64,000 nucleotides of DNA, taken from the NCBI GenBank assembly GCA_963693365.1, contig CAVNZM010000015.1:5774624-5838623 (forward strand), read 5' to 3'. The position numbers and the translations under genes are program-made. The notes beneath the pieces were generated by a model. That model saw only the letters and a list, made by a program, of their open reading frames with translations, did no database searches and was not told the origin of the DNA. Below are positions 35,497-48,656 of the stretch, in pieces. Numbering within the stretch: position 1 is the first letter of the stretch; the number at the start of each line of letters is the position of its first letter. This DNA comes from Amoebidium appalachense. Taxonomy: Eukaryota > Protista > Ichthyosporea.

Positions 35497-37179
35497 CTGC
35501 CGGGATCTCCCCGAGGGTGCCCCACCCTTGCTAACCACCCCTTCCCCCGAGGCTCAGACCCGGAGGCCCGCCCGCTGCCCCAGCACCACATTGACACCTC
35601 CCGCCTCCGGGAACTGCTGGCCTCCTACCCAGACCAATCATTCGCCGCACAACTCCTCCACGATGTCGAATTCGGTGTCGACATCGGCTATCCATCGCGG
35701 CCCCTCCACCTCTCGGGTGGGCCCCAACCTACCCACCACCCCGGAGGCAGCTTCCGCTATCACGGCGGATATTGCCAAAGAAGTCGCCCCGCCTCGGCCA
35801 CCTGCGCGGCCCCCTCTCCCCGGCCCAATTCTTTGACGAATTTCCGGTCCACCGTTCCTCCCCCATCGGCGCCGTTACCAAGAAAGGGAACCCCCCCAAG
35901 TACCGTCGAATCCACCACCTCTCCTGGCCCCGGGGTAGCAGTGTCAATGACAGCATCACCTACCCCGACGAACTTCAGTACATTCGCGCCCGGGACGTCA
36001 CCCAGCTCATTCTCGACGCAGGCCCCGGCTGCTACATGGCCGTGGCAGATGTGCAGGCTGCCTTCCGGCACATGCCCATCCGACCAGAAGACCATCACTT
36101 AATGGCATTCAAATGGCTGGGGCATTTTTACGTTGAAACCAGACTGCCCTTCGGCCTGAAATCTAGCCCAGCCATCTGGGAACGGATCGCGGCCACCCTA
36201 CAGTGGCTGGCACACCAGCACGGTATTACCCTCATCCGCCACTACGTAGACGACTGGATTATAGTCGCCCCCACACAAGAGCAGTGCCAACGTCACCTAT
36301 CCACCTTCCTGCAACTCTGCCGAGAGCTGCACATTGCCAATTTCCGAAGACAAGATGCAGGGCCCGGCTACCCGTGTCGTCTTCATCGGTATCGAATTCG
36401 ACTCCATCGCCATGGAGGCACGAATCCCGGCTTCCAAGCTCTCGGACCTACTCGACCTCACTTCCCACCCAAAGCCCACCATCACCATTCGGGACCTCCA
36501 GTCCCTCCTCGGCAAACTCACCTGGTGTGCCCAGCTGGTTCCCCCCGGGAGGGCCTTCTCCCAGCGCCTATGGGCCCTTCTCCGGACCCACCCACACCTT
36601 GCCGGCCACCACCACATACGACTGACTGCTGCCGCCCGGGCCGACATAGCCGAATGGCACCAGTTCCTCACATCATGGAATGGGGTGCACCTCATCACAC
36701 CCCCCACATACACCACCCTGGCCACCGATGCTGCCGGATCGGTGGGTCTAGGAGGCCACTGGCTCGACCAATGGTTCTTCATGCCCTGGTCCCCCTCCAC
36801 CCAAGCCCTCTATGCTCATGAGGGTAAACTCGGTTCTTCCGTCATCGAACTCCTGGCCATCGCAGCCGCCGTGGCCCTCTGGGCCCCCTCCTGGTCCACC
36901 CACCATGTCCGTATTTTATGCGACAACACGGGTGCTGTGTCTGACCTGCACTCCCGGTCTTCCCCCCACCCCGTGATGGCCAAACTTATTCGGTTCATCA
37001 CCCGCATGGAAATGCAATACCAATTTACGTTACAGGCATCCTACCTACCAGGACCCCTCAACCATCTGGCCGATGCCATTTCTCGTAACCAACTTCCCCG
37101 GGCCCGACGACTCCGACCTTCCCTGCAACCGGAGCCCTGCCCCTTCCCCTCCTGGGTCCACGAGTTCCTATCCCTTTAA
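35338..37179 (+). pseudogene. Ngaro B RT/RNase H (small frameshifts)
   Basis: YRRIHHLS, ADVQAAFR, LPFGLKSSP, YVDD, TDAAG, CDN, ADAISR. Confidence 0.88.
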
Positions 37180-37968
37180 ACCCCTCCCCTTGGGCTAACC
37201 CCCCCCCCCCCCCCCCCCCCAGATCTCCCGTTCCGGAGCAACGCTGGCAGATTGGCCCCCCACTTTGCTCCGGCCGAGCTGCTTCGAGCCACCACTACCC
37301 TGCAGGAATGCCAGGCCCTGAGTCTCAACCTCGACTCTCGGGCCTTTTACTCCCCGGGTGCAAAAAGTGTTCATCGATTTCTGTGTGGCATCTCGGCTGC
37401 AATCCCCCTCCGGGTCCTCCTTCCCGGCCTCCCCACACACCGTGCAACTTTTTCTCGCCTGGTGTGCCCAACGAGGGGTACAGGCCTCTTCCTTAACCGG
37501 CTACAATTCGGCCATCACCAGGCTCCACCTCGACATGGGCCTCCCTGCTCCCTACCCCCACGACAAGTCTCTGGCCTGGTTCCTACGGGGGGTGGGCAGA
37601 TGGCAGCTTTCTCACAACATCCGACCCCGCTCATCCACCAGGGAACCCCTCCTGCCCTCCCACCTCAGCCTACTCCATGGCCAGTGCCCCACCAAGGCCT
37701 CCTCGGCCAATCTCCGGCTATGGACGGCCCTCATCGTCGGTTTCTGTGGTCTCCTCCGTTCAGGGGAATTTACCTCCAAGACCCTGACTTCTTTCGACCC
37801 GTCCCGTCACGTTAAACGGAAGGACGTGACCTTCACCTACACCCCCACCGGTACTTTGTCCCATGCCACCCTCCTGTTGTAATACGTAGTATTTACATAT
37901 GGTAAGATCTTCTCAGTTTGTGTTATGTTTCAGTTCATATGCTTAGTGTAAAAGCACACTCCTATTAC

Positions 37969-40900
37969 GGTTTTATTTGTGGAATGACAAAATATCTGTA
38001 AACACGTAGGATGGGTGTTCGTTTACTCCATGTAGGCTTCGTTCGTGTTTTAGCAGTTCGCGATTGGCCGCTCGCACACGGGCACCTATTAGCTAATCAA
38101 AACATCAGATTCCACATATCGCTAGACCGATTTTGATTGGTTCGATTCAGATTCACATATCACTGGATCGATTTTCAATTGGCTCAGGTCGGTAGGCTTA
38201 GGTATATAAGCAAGACAGTTTTCAGCAGATCAGCAAGCTACAAACACATCTTCTGTGTTGAGCACCTACAGCCCTTACGGCTATACATTTTCTTTTCACA
38301 CTCCGTGACAACTCTTGACACGAGCTTCTGTCACACCTTGACAATCGTGCCATCCTTGCAAGTTCAGCTTGCCCTCGTGTCCTCCTCGCAAGTTAGGCTT
38401 GCACTCCTGCCAGTTCCGTCCCGGTTAGGGCTAGTCGCCCTACAAGTTCCTCGACACTTCAAGAAGATTTCCTGACATGGTCCCTCACGCGCCGCGCCGC
38501 TGTGATCTAAGTCCCTACCACTCGTCTAATTTCAAACCCCGTTTTCAATCCCGATGGCCTAGAATTTCACACCCCGCCTCGATCCGCATTGACTATCCTC
38601 GCTCATAGTCCTTGCCCGATTGCCCTTCTGAGTATTCAAATACGGTACTCCAATCGCGTCGCTTATGTTAAACCCAGTCAAAGCACCTTGTGCTTTCCTA
38701 CTGTTCAGGAGTCCTGACCCCAAGTCCCTGCCAGAACAGCTTACCATGTTCAACCCGCCTCCTTCCCTGTTTTCCCACCCTGTTTCCCGCCATGTCTCCC
38801 CCCACCATGACTTCACTGTCGATGGATACCTCACATTCCATTGGTCTGCCCCGCATTCCAGCAGCATTTTTTTCCTCAGATCACAAGGCCAGCCTCGTCG
38901 AGATCTCAGCTACCCCAAACCCTGCACGGCCCCAGTTCCCCTGCAGCTGTTCCCCCCCTGTTGCCACCCGACCCCGGCCAGCTACACATGCTGCCAGGTC
39001 CGGTCGTTCCCATCCACGTTTCTGCCCAGCCAGCCTACCGTGCTGCCTGCCCATCCACGTTTCTGCCCAGCCAGCCTACCGTGCTGCCCGCCCCCGTTTC
39101 CAAAGCCCCTGGCCCGACCCAGTTAACCTTCTCCGTCCGGACTTACCTGCCTTTGACCCTGCCTCCGTCGTGCCTGATCCCAAAACCAATCCCGTCAAAG
39201 CCCCTCCTCCCCCTCCCTGTTCCGGCTTTCCCAGTAACCCCCCGAGCAGCAAGAACCCTCAGGCTCGACGCCCCTCCAAACGAATTTCAAATTACGCGAC
39301 CTCCGCAACCAGCTGCCCAACGCTCCCGCGGGCACTGACGCGCCTCCGGCGGCCCCCACCACCACGGACCCTCCAAGCCACTCTCCCCTCTACCCCTGAA
39401 GCCCCCCCTCAGGCCTGTCCCATGTAGTACCCCAAGCCCGGCTGTGGTCTAAGACTTGATGGCTTCACACCGCCCCACAAGCCCGGCGGGGGACAAACCC
39501 CCAACCGCCCTGACCCGCACCCCGGCCTGGCAACACCGGCCCGATCGGTGGAGCTACCCGCCACGCACTACATGAATTTCCACATTTAAGGTCGGTCCTG
39601 CGCTAAGCAGCCCTGCCCCCCTCTCCCACGTGTGCCCGCTCTGCTCTGGCACACACCCCCGCAAAGACTGCAAGCCTAATGCCTAGTCTACGCGCACACC
39701 CACACACACAGATAGAACATAGGGGCTAGGAGCTAGGATACACGGGTACAGGGACACGGAGCTCGGGAGCTCGGGTCACTAGGGCTAAGTACAAATTTTC
39801 GCAAGCCACCTACGGCGCCCGCGCGCGCCACAGAATACATGTCCCTACACAAAGACGTTATTCTGGCCACTGCACATAATTTTACTCCCCACCCATCCCA
39901 CGACCCCCCCCCCCTTACACTCACCTAGCCCCCCCCCCCCCCCCCCCCCCCCCCCTTCTAACTCTGTGTCCACCCGCATCCCCGCGTGCTCGGGCATCCC
40001 CTGCACATGGCCCCGCTGTTCTGCCTGCAACCTCCCTCGGGCCCAGCTGCCCGCACACACAGATAGAACATAGGGGCTAGGTGCTAGGATACACGGGTAC
40101 AGGGACACGGAGCTCGGGAGCACGGGCCACTAGGGCTGAGTACAAATTTTTGCAGGCCACCTACGGCGCCCGCGCGCGCCACAGAATACATGTCCTTACA
40201 CAAAAGACGTTATTCTGGCCACTGCACATAATTTTACTCCCCACCCATCCCACGAGCCTCCCCCCCCCCCTTACACTCACCTAGCACTCCCCTCCCCCCC
40301 CCCCCCCCCCCTTCTAACTCTGTGTCCGCCCGCATCCCCGCGTGCTCGGGCATCCCCTGCACATGGCCCCGCTGTTCTGCCTGCAACCTCCCTCGGGCCC
40401 AGCTGCCCGCACACACAAGATAGAACATAGGGGCTAGGAGCTAGGATACACGGGTACAGGGACACGGAGCTCGGGAGCACGGGCCACTAGGGCTGAGTAC
40501 AAATTTTTTTGCAGGCCACCTACGGCGCCCGCGCGCGCCACAGAATACATGTCCTTACACAAAAGACGTTATTCTGGCCACTGCACATAATTTTACTCCC
40601 CACCCATCCCACGAGCCTCCCCCCCCCCCCCCCTTACACTCACCTAGCACTCCCTCCCCCCCCCCTTCTAACTCTGTGTCCGCCCGCATCCCTGCGTGCT
40701 CGGGCATCCCCTGCACATGGCCCCGCTGCCCTGCCTGCAACCTCTCTCGGGCCCAGCTGCCCTACTCTAAACCCCCCGGGGCCCTGCTGCCCCCCCCCCC
40801 CCCCCCCCCCCCCGGCTGCCGGGGTCTCCCCGAGGGTGCCCCACCCTTGCTAACCACACCTTCCCCCGAGGCTCAGACCCGGAGGCCCAGCCCCCCCTCG

Positions 40901-42877
40901 GCCACCAGCGCGGTCACCCTCTTCCCGGACCAATTCCTTGCTGAGTTTCCGGTCCTCCGTTCCTCCCCCATCGGCGCCGTTACTACAAAAAACAAGCCCG
41001 GGACCCCAGCTCATTCTCGACGCAGGCCCCGGCTGCTACATGGCAGTGGCAGACGTGCAGGCTGCCTTCCGGCACATGCCCTCTCCCTTCCCCTGGGCGC
41101 AACCCCCCCCTCCCCCTCCCCCCCCCCCCCCGATCTTCCCTTCCGGAGCAACGCTGGCAGATTGGCCCCCCACTTTGCTCCGGCCGTGCTGCTTCGAGCC
41201 ACCACTACCCTGCAGGAGTGCCAGGCCCTGAGTCTCAACCTCGACTCTTGGGCCTTCTACTCCCGGGTGCAGAAAGTGTTCATCGATTTTTGTGGCATCT
41301 CGGCTGCCATCCTCCTCCGGGTCCTACCTCCCGGCCTCCCCACACACCGTGCAGCTCTTTCTTGCCTGGTGTGCCCAACAAGGGGTACAGGCCTCTTCCT
41401 TGGCCGGCTACAATTCGGCTATCACCAGACTTCACCTCGACATGGGACTTCCGGCTCCCTACCCCCACGACAAGTCTCTCGCCTGGTTCCTACAAGGGGT
41501 GGGCAGATGGCAGCTTTTCTCACAACATCCGACCCCGATCATCTCCCAGAGAACCCCTCCTGCCCTCCCACCTCGGCCTACTCCATGGCCAGTGCCCCAC
41601 CCAGGCCTCCTCAGCCAATCGCCGGCTTTGGACGGCCCTCATCGTCGGTTTTTGTGGTCTCCTCCGTTCGTGGGAATTTACCTCCAACGCCCTGACTTCA
41701 TTCGACCCGTCCCGTCACGTGAAATGGAAGGACGTGACCTTCAGCTACACCCCCACCAGTACTTTGTCCCATACCACCCTCCACCGTCCTGCCAACCTCC
41801 AAGATGGATGTACAGCCCTACGTGTCAACGTCACTCTAGCTGCCCTGCCTCTCACCCACTTCTCCCCAGCCCATCTCCTCCGGCAGTTCCTGGATACGAC
41901 ATCCGGTCAACCTGACGACCCCCTGTTCAGTCTCGGTGGCATTCCCTACACCAAGGGTGTTTTCTCTGACGACTTCCGTGCCCTCCTCTCCCGGGCGGGC
42001 CTCTCACCCTCCCGGTTTGCCGGCCACAGCCTCCGAATTGGGGGGGCCACAGCCCTGGCCGAGGCCGGGGTCGACGACTCCAGGATCCAACAACTTGGCA
42101 GATGATCTTCCGACTGTTCCCTGATCTATACTCGACTTCGCCGGCCCCCATGGCTGCCACTAACAAACGTGTATTTGCCTCTATCCTTAAGTGAAACCTT
42201 TGGAGCAAGCATACTGCTCTCGTGCCGTGGTTTACAACCATTGCAGGTTCACTTTCGTCCAAGGGGATGTCCCCCTAGAGGCAACACACGTCCCGGAGTA
42301 GTTTTCATAGAGGTTTTATTTGTGGAATTTATTGACATAAATATTTTTCTGGGTAAACACGTAGGATGGGTGTTCGATATTGACATAACAATGTAGGCTT
42401 CGTTCGTGTTTTAGCAGTTCGCGATTGGCCGCTCGCACACGGGCACCTATTAGCTAATCAAAACATCAGATTCCACATATCGCTAGACCGATTTTGATTG
42501 GTTCGATTCAGATTCACATATCACTGGATCGATTTTCAATTGGCTCAGGTCGGTAGGCTTAGGTATATAAGCAAGACAGTTTTCAGCAGATCAGCAAGCT
42601 ACAAACACATCTTCTGTGTTGAGCACCTACAGCCCTTACGGCTATACATTTTCTTTTCACCCACCCACCTACACCCACACTCACCCCCATTGATCCACAC
42701 ATGCGTGCTGTTTTTTCACGGGGCGAAGGCTTCCCCCGTTTTTTGGGCACAAGGACCTCACGGATCAATAAATTGATGACTGGGGGCTTGCCGTGGTTTA
42801 CAACCATTGCAGGTTCACTTTCGTCCAAGGGGATGTCCCCCTAGAGGCAACACACGTCCCGGAGTAGTTGTCATAGA
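37969..42877 (+). mobile_element. Ngaro copy C, non-autonomous and divergent, inserted in the Copia 5' LTR
   Basis: Termini GGTTTT../..CATAGA with A1, B1, A2, B2. Only fragments of gag and RT remain, and the YR is frameshifted with a stop. Removing it restores the LTR junction (CTATTAC|GTAAAG). Confidence 0.92.
39703..40760 (+). repeat. Triplicated ~355-bp gag-RT linker inside Ngaro C
   Basis: GATAGAACATAGGGGCTAGG.. recurs at about 39711, 40062 and 40419. Confidence 0.9.
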
Positions 42878-43707
42878 GTAAAGTGTAGCATCGATCTCCG
42901 ATATGCTTGTATACTTGTAATCGTCTTGTATCGGCTTTAATCGTGTGTTGTAATATCGATTAGAATATTTATATGTGTGTACACGGATCCACCCACTCAG
43001 GGAGAGACGTGTACATGTTCGTGTGTACATAAATATCTCTGGTTATAGTTATGCTATTGCTATCTTGTTTGTTGATCTGTGCTCTCTTTTCCTTCCTCTT
43101 TCTCCTTCCTTATTTTCTTTTCTTTCTCTCTTTGTCTTCATGTGTATAATCGTATTTCTTTTCTACTAATATATGTTAGGTAGATTTGTGTTACTTAATA
43201 CGTGTTCATTGGACGGTAACACACTTAGGCTACACTTAGAATAGCATGTGTGTTTAGACTTCATTAATTTACTTTAGTTTTCATGTGTTGCCGGGCTTTA
43301 ACCAATCATCAAGGTTAAGTGTGATATGTCTGAGTCTTTGCAGTATGTCATAGGTTAGAACTTCCTTGATGATGACACAAGTTGACCTTAACTAGTGTCT
43401 GTGTCCTATCGTGTGCGTCTCCGCGTACCGGATCTCTCTGAAAGCAATTGGTTCTTAGTGATTGGTTTCTATTAGAGATAGATCTGATTTCCGACTGGTC
43501 GGAAATCATGTATGGATTGGACTTAGAGGAATTTCAGGTATTTATTCGAAGATCAGAATAAATTCAGTTCAGTCGTGTCTAAACATTGATGTCTGTTGTG
43601 TACACTGCTCCGATCGTTCCGTGTTTTGTTGTTGTGTGTGTCTGTGGTGTTTTCACACTGCACCACTGTGTCTCTGCTTACATCCCAAATACTTATACAA
43701 TTTAACA

Positions 43708-43720
43708 GGTTATGCAGCCC
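43708..43720 (+). other. Copia primer-binding site, half-tRNAi(Met) type
   Basis: GGTTATGCAGCCC follows the LTR directly; this is the Ty5/copia-type GGTTATG(A/G)GCCC with one extra C. Confidence 0.7.
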
Positions 43721-43769
43721 TTTTGCACGCTCCCTACACACATCTAGAACTAGCGCTCGTTTTTCAATC

Positions 43770-46700
43770 ATGGATCCAAACAAAACTGGCGTAAACAAAA
43801 TAACCATGTGGAAAGGTGAAGGGAAGACTGGTCCCGATAGCAAAACCACCTACTTTCAATGGGAAATCATTTTTCTCGGCATGATGACCGGCACTAAAGG
43901 TGTCCGACTCGTGGATGTTGTACTTGCTGACAACTACGTCCCCCCTACCACCGTCGCGGTTGACGGTGAACCCCCCTTCTATGGCTACGGCACTACCGCG
44001 GAACTCAAGGAGGCCCGCAATTGCCTCCTGCTCCATATGATACAGAACATCGACCCTTCCGTCCTCACCACCGTTGCCCAGTACCGTATTGGCATGGACC
44101 CTGAACGGGCCATGTGGAAATTCCGTCAACACTACCTCCAAGGCAAACCCGATCAGATCCGCATCCTTCACCGTCAGTGGGATGCCTGTGCCCTTCAGCC
44201 CGGTGAATCATTCACCACCTACCTGAGTCGTCTGCAGACCATCGTGAACCAGCTCCAGTCCCTCCAAGATGAGTCCATTCACTTCACTCGTCTAGCTGAG
44301 AAGTTCTTCAATGAACTCACCACCAGAGACGACCTCACCCCTGAGTTCAACCGTCTTATCGAAGACTATCACTTCGGTGATAAGCTATTCCCCGACTTCG
44401 AGTCCCTCCACAACCACGTCAAGGGCATCGAGTTACGTCAAGACCTCGAGATGCAACTCCGGAGCAACCGTGCCCATCGTGCCTCCAAGTCCAGCATGGC
44501 ATTAAATGCCAGTGCTCCCCCCCGTGATCTTCCTCGCCGTGACTTACGCAACCGACTTGACCGTACCCCTGGCACGGACCTCCGAACTCGTCTCTCCCGT
44601 CAGCACACCCGATCCCGTTCCCCCCACCGGCCTGCCTTCCGGTCCACGTCTCGTTCCCCCAGTCGTTCCCGTTTCTCGGGTTCCCGTCGTTCTGATTCCC
44701 CGGCTCGTTCTAACAACCCGTCCGTGAAAGCATGCTCCTACTGCCACGAGCCTGATCACACGATCATCGATTGCCCCGAGCCGAAATGCCGTATGTCCAG
44801 ACACAACCGATCCCGTCAGGGCAGTGAGAAATCTGTCTCCTTTGCTTTCTCGGCATACAATGCTAGCTCCGTCCCCGTGTCCTCCGACCCTGCCTGGGAT
44901 TCCGGGTGCAACATGACTGTCTGCCCCACCCGTGAGTTCTTCCATGACCTCACTCCCCTTCCGACACCGACTCCCGTTGCTGCCTTTAATGGCACCCCCG
45001 TCTTGGCCACCCACACCGGCCATATCGTCATCAACACCACCACCGAACATGGCACTGCCACCGTTACCATTGAAGCCTACTACACCCCGTCTGGCCAAGC
45101 CTTCCTCATTTCAACATCCCAAGCTGCTGCCGAATACATCAAGGGTGATTTGAATGATGCCTCCACTCCGTCATTCCTCTTCGACCGACTCACCGGCCGT
45201 CATCTCGTCAACCTCCGTCTACACAACGGTCTGTATTACTTCAAGGACTACACCATTCAACCACCCACTCGTCCTGTGGCTCTGGCTGCCACTACCAGTG
45301 TTAACCCATCCATCTGGCACCATCGTCTGGGGCACCGTGCTATGACCAGCATCAAGGACATGGTGAAACACGACCTTGTTATTGGTCTCCCCTCGTCTGT
45401 CCTCGACTGTGATGTTCCTGATTGTCATGGCTGCATTATGGGTAAAACCACCAAGGCTCCGTTCAAGGGTGACCGTCCTCACTCCAACATCCCCGGTCAT
45501 GAATGGCATTGGGATTTTTTTGAGCCTACCACAACATCGTACGGAGGTTCCAAGGTTGCTCTCGTCACTGTCTGCCGTGCCTCTGGACTCGTCAAGATCT
45601 ACCCGATGGCCGACCGTACAACCACCCTGGACACTCTCACAGCTCACACCAACCTCGTTGCTACCCATGCCCCCTCCAAAGTTGGTGTCTACCACTTTGA
45701 CTCCGGCTCTGAGTTCACCTCCAAGGCTACCCGTGCTTTTTGCCTCTCCCAGGGCATCAAGGCCAGCTATGCTCCGGTGGACTGCCCTCAACTGAACGGC
45801 TATGTTGAACGTCGTATGCGGTTCCTCCAAGAGATTGTTCGTTGCCTCCTCCATCAAGTCCAAGATCAGTCTCTGTCCCCCAAACTGTGGGCTGAGGCCC
45901 TCCAACATGCCGCCTACATCATCAACGTCACCCCGTCCACGACTGCCAATGGTCGTACACCATTCGAGGTTTTCTACGGTGTCAAGCCCGACATCTCCGA
46001 GCTCAAAGTGTTCGGTTGCCCTGCCTACACTCATGTACCAGCCTCTAAACGGAACAAGCTGGCCCCCACCGTCAAACTCGGCATGTACATCGGCTATGAT
46101 CTTCAATCACACTGCCACCGGATCTTCAACCCCACCACCCACCGTGTCGGCCTCTTCCGTGATGTGATTTTCGACGAATCAGCTTATCTCCCGTCCGACA
46201 TTCCATCAACACTTCCGACCCCCGACACCACTGCTACCTCGACCACCCCACCCCCCACAGTTGACACTGAAGATGATGTTTGTCTGGTGTACTCTGGCCC
46301 CCCTCCTGTCATCGTCGTTCCCCCGACACCCCCCCCCCCCACCGGCCCCCCTGCCCCCGTGCCCGTCCAGCCTGCCGACCCTCATCCTGCCCCTGGCAAC
46401 GTCACACCCATCCGACCCGGCTCCCCCGACAACTTCCACTCGGCCCCATCCAGCCCGGAGGTTGCCCCCCCCTGCAATTCCGAACTTCCAAGTTCCCCCC
46501 CCCCCGTCTCCACCTCCCCCGGTTCCTGCACCTCGTCGTTCTGCCCGTCTACAGGGCAAGGTTGGCCTTCAAGCCACCACCACCCTGCCAGTCCCCCCCG
46601 GTCCCCCCATCAACATCGACCAACTACCCAAACTTGTCCGTCAACTGTGTTCCGGCCCCAATGGTGACCAGGTCAAGTCAGCCCTCACTGCTGAGTATCA

Positions 46701-48188
46701 AGCCTTCGTCGACAAAGACATCTTTGAACTTGTTGACCCTCCCCCTGGTGCTAACATCGTCGGCTTCAAGTGGATTGTCTCCGAGAAAACTCTCAACTCG
46801 GCTGGTGACACCAAGATCAAGGCCCGTGGTGTTGCTCAAGGCTTCAGTCAGCAATACGGTGTTGGCTATGAGTTGATTGAGAGCCCTGTCATCCGTCCGG
46901 CTGCTCTCCGTGCTATCCTAGCTCTGGCCGTTGTTGAAGGTCATGACATCCATCAACTCGACGTGTCTACGGCCTTTCTCAACAGCCCACTCACCGAGAC
47001 CATCTACATGAAACAACCCCCGGGATTCATCACCATGGCTACACTTGGCAAGGTCTGGAGACTCAAGAAAGTCCTGTACGGCCTCAAGCAAGCCTCCAAG
47101 GCTTGGTACGACTTCCTCGACGGCATTCTTCTTGCCCATGGCCTGACCCGTACTAAGACCGACCCGTGCATCTACCTCCGGTTCTTCCCCAACAACGATG
47201 TGGTTCGGGCTGGTAACTACGTCGACGACTCCACCATCACCAACACCCGGGGTTCTACTGCTGCCAGTGACCTGGCTGCCCACATCAGCAAGATGGCCAG
47301 CTGTCGTATGAGTCCATTTGACCGTATGCTCGGTGTTGATTTTAATCACTCTGATCCCCATCACCTCCACATGCACCAGAGGTCTTACATCATGGATATC
47401 ATCCACGACTTCAACCTCACCGATGCCAAGTCCAAGTCTACCCCCATCCCTGCAGGCACCACCGTCTCCCTGGCTGACTGCCCCCCCCAACCGTTCACCG
47501 TGCCCTACCGTGAGTTACTCGGCCGTCTCCTCTGGGTGGCACGGTGCACACTGTGGCACGTCCCGACATTGCCTATGCCATCGGCTTCCTTGGTCGGTTC
47601 AGCACCAACCCCGGCAAGACTCACTGGGACCTTCTCCGTCGTGTGGCTCGGTACCTGCTCGGCACCATTGACCTTGGCATTGACTACAAGTACTCGGCCA
47701 CCCAGGCCCCCATACTCGAATGCTACACGGATGCTGACTTTGCTGGTTGTGCTGACAGCAAGAAGTCTACCACCGGCTACATCATCGAGTTTGCTGGTAT
47801 GCCCATCATCTGGTACTCCAAGCTTCAGCCCATCACGGCCACCAGCACCACTGAAGCTGAGCTGATTGCCCTCAATGCTGGTACCCAAGAAGTTGCTTGG
47901 GTCCGTGACCTCTTCAAGGAACTCGGCTGCCCCATGCTTGCTCCGACTCCGGTGTACTGTGACAACCAGTCGACCATTGCCATCGTCAACTCCACCGGCA
48001 TCAAGCACCGTACCAAACACATTGCCGTCCGGTATCACAACACCAAGGACTACATTGCAAGTGGGGATGTGGTTGTCCACTACGTTGAATCAGCCCACAA
48101 CTTAGCTGACATCCTCACCAAACCCCTCCCCGGCCCGAGTCATGTCAACCATCGTGCTAAACTTTGTTTGCCGGATATTGTGGATTGA
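43770..48188 (+). CDS. Copia gag-pol polyprotein (two apparent frameshifts, near 46500 and 47550)
   Basis: CSYCHEPDHTIIDC; WDSGC; WHHRLGH; HWDFF, HFDSGSEF, NGYVER; KARGVAQG, QLDVSTAFLN, LYGLKQA, YVDD; YTDADFAG, STTEAE, YCDNQS, TKHI, ADILTKPL. Confidence 0.92.
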
Positions 48189-48656
48189 CCCGTCCTACTT
48201 CAAGAGTGATTTTCTAATGTTTACTACTTCCTTTATCATAATCATTATTTCATATGTATATTGCCTTTGTGGGTATGCCCACTTAGGGTTTATATATAAG
48301 GTTTGACCTGTACCATGACTCTACTCTATCTTTCACTGGTTTAAAACCCAGTTAATCAAACCCCGACTATACACGTTATACATATTCGTTGTTTTTGCCC
48401 CGGTTCCTTTCCCCCCCCTCCCCCCCCTCCCCCCCCCCCCCCCCCCTTTCCCCCCCCCCCCCCCCCCCCCCCCTCCCCCCCCTTCCCCCCCCCCTCCTCC
48501 CCCCCCCCCTCCCCCCCCCCTTCTCCCCCCCCCCCCCCCCCCCCCCCGGAAAAGTACACACTTTAATTTTTTTTTTCCGTTTCTGTTCTCAAGTGGGGAG
48601 ATTTCACTAGTTCAGTGGGGATATGATAACACAAACTTCAAAGTCTTAAGTGGGGA

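Noticed and set aside
46490-46510. Programmed frameshifts in Copia and Ngaro ORFs
   Set aside because: Most fall in homopolymers and differ between copies; sequencing error or decay is more likely.
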